Shown piece by piece: positions 63,951 through 64,000 of a stretch of DNA of 64,000 bases. Below the pieces are notes generated by a model. It had not been told where the DNA came from, did no database searches, and worked only from the letters and a program-made list of their open reading frames with translations. Origin of the DNA: Vicugna vicugna (taxonomy: Eukaryota); the NCBI GenBank assembly GCA_013265495.1, contig MU058423.1, positions 3,859,061 through 3,923,060 of the forward strand. Reading direction: 5' to 3'. The number at the start of each line of letters is the position of its first letter. Positions within the stretch are counted from its first letter, which is position 1. A program made the position numbers and the translations under genes.

Positions 63951-64000
63951 ATAAGGAACTGGCTTATGCATTTATGAAGGTTGGTAAGTCCCAAGATCTT

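Larger units (their letters stand above)
33538..64000 (+). other. VAV3: Long VAV3 intron (intron 15), continuing beyond the window
   Basis: Starts with GTgagt after exon 15; I found no sequence encoding the expected next residues (SNIRPDYADSNFHDF, C1 domain) in the remainder. Confidence 0.8.

Noticed and set aside
33538..64000. Search for further VAV3 exons, nested genes or processed pseudogenes
   Set aside because: No ORF in the track or by eye resembled the VAV3 C1/SH3/SH2 region or another known protein; very degraded pseudogenes or ncRNAs could have been missed.

Overview
Mammalian genomic DNA, most likely a camelid, judged from two Vic-1-like tRNA-derived SINEs and camelid-type L1 3' ends. 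The window holds 13 consecutive coding exons of VAV3, a Rho/Rac guanine nucleotide exchange factor, on the + strand at 4363-33537. These are exons 3-15 by recalled human numbering. All introns are GT-AG and the 1184 coding nt splice into one open frame covering the end of the CH domain, the acidic autoinhibitory region and the DH and PH domains. The last ~30 kb is one long intron in which I found no next exon (SNIRPDY...). The rest is ordinary mammalian repeat (L1, L2, CR1/L3, MIR, MER3, MER8, MER58A, MLT1, MER68), microsatellites and a 259-N gap inside an L1. I found no evidence of a novel biological system. The best leads are: a local GC3/CpG excess with amino-acid changes in the acidic-region exons, suggesting GC-biased gene conversion; an AG|GTAATA composite splice site at exon 3; a tiny L1 with a possible 3' transduction; and a micro-inversion in an L1 remnant. 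Comparisons with human VAV3 and repeat consensus sequences are from memory and need checking.
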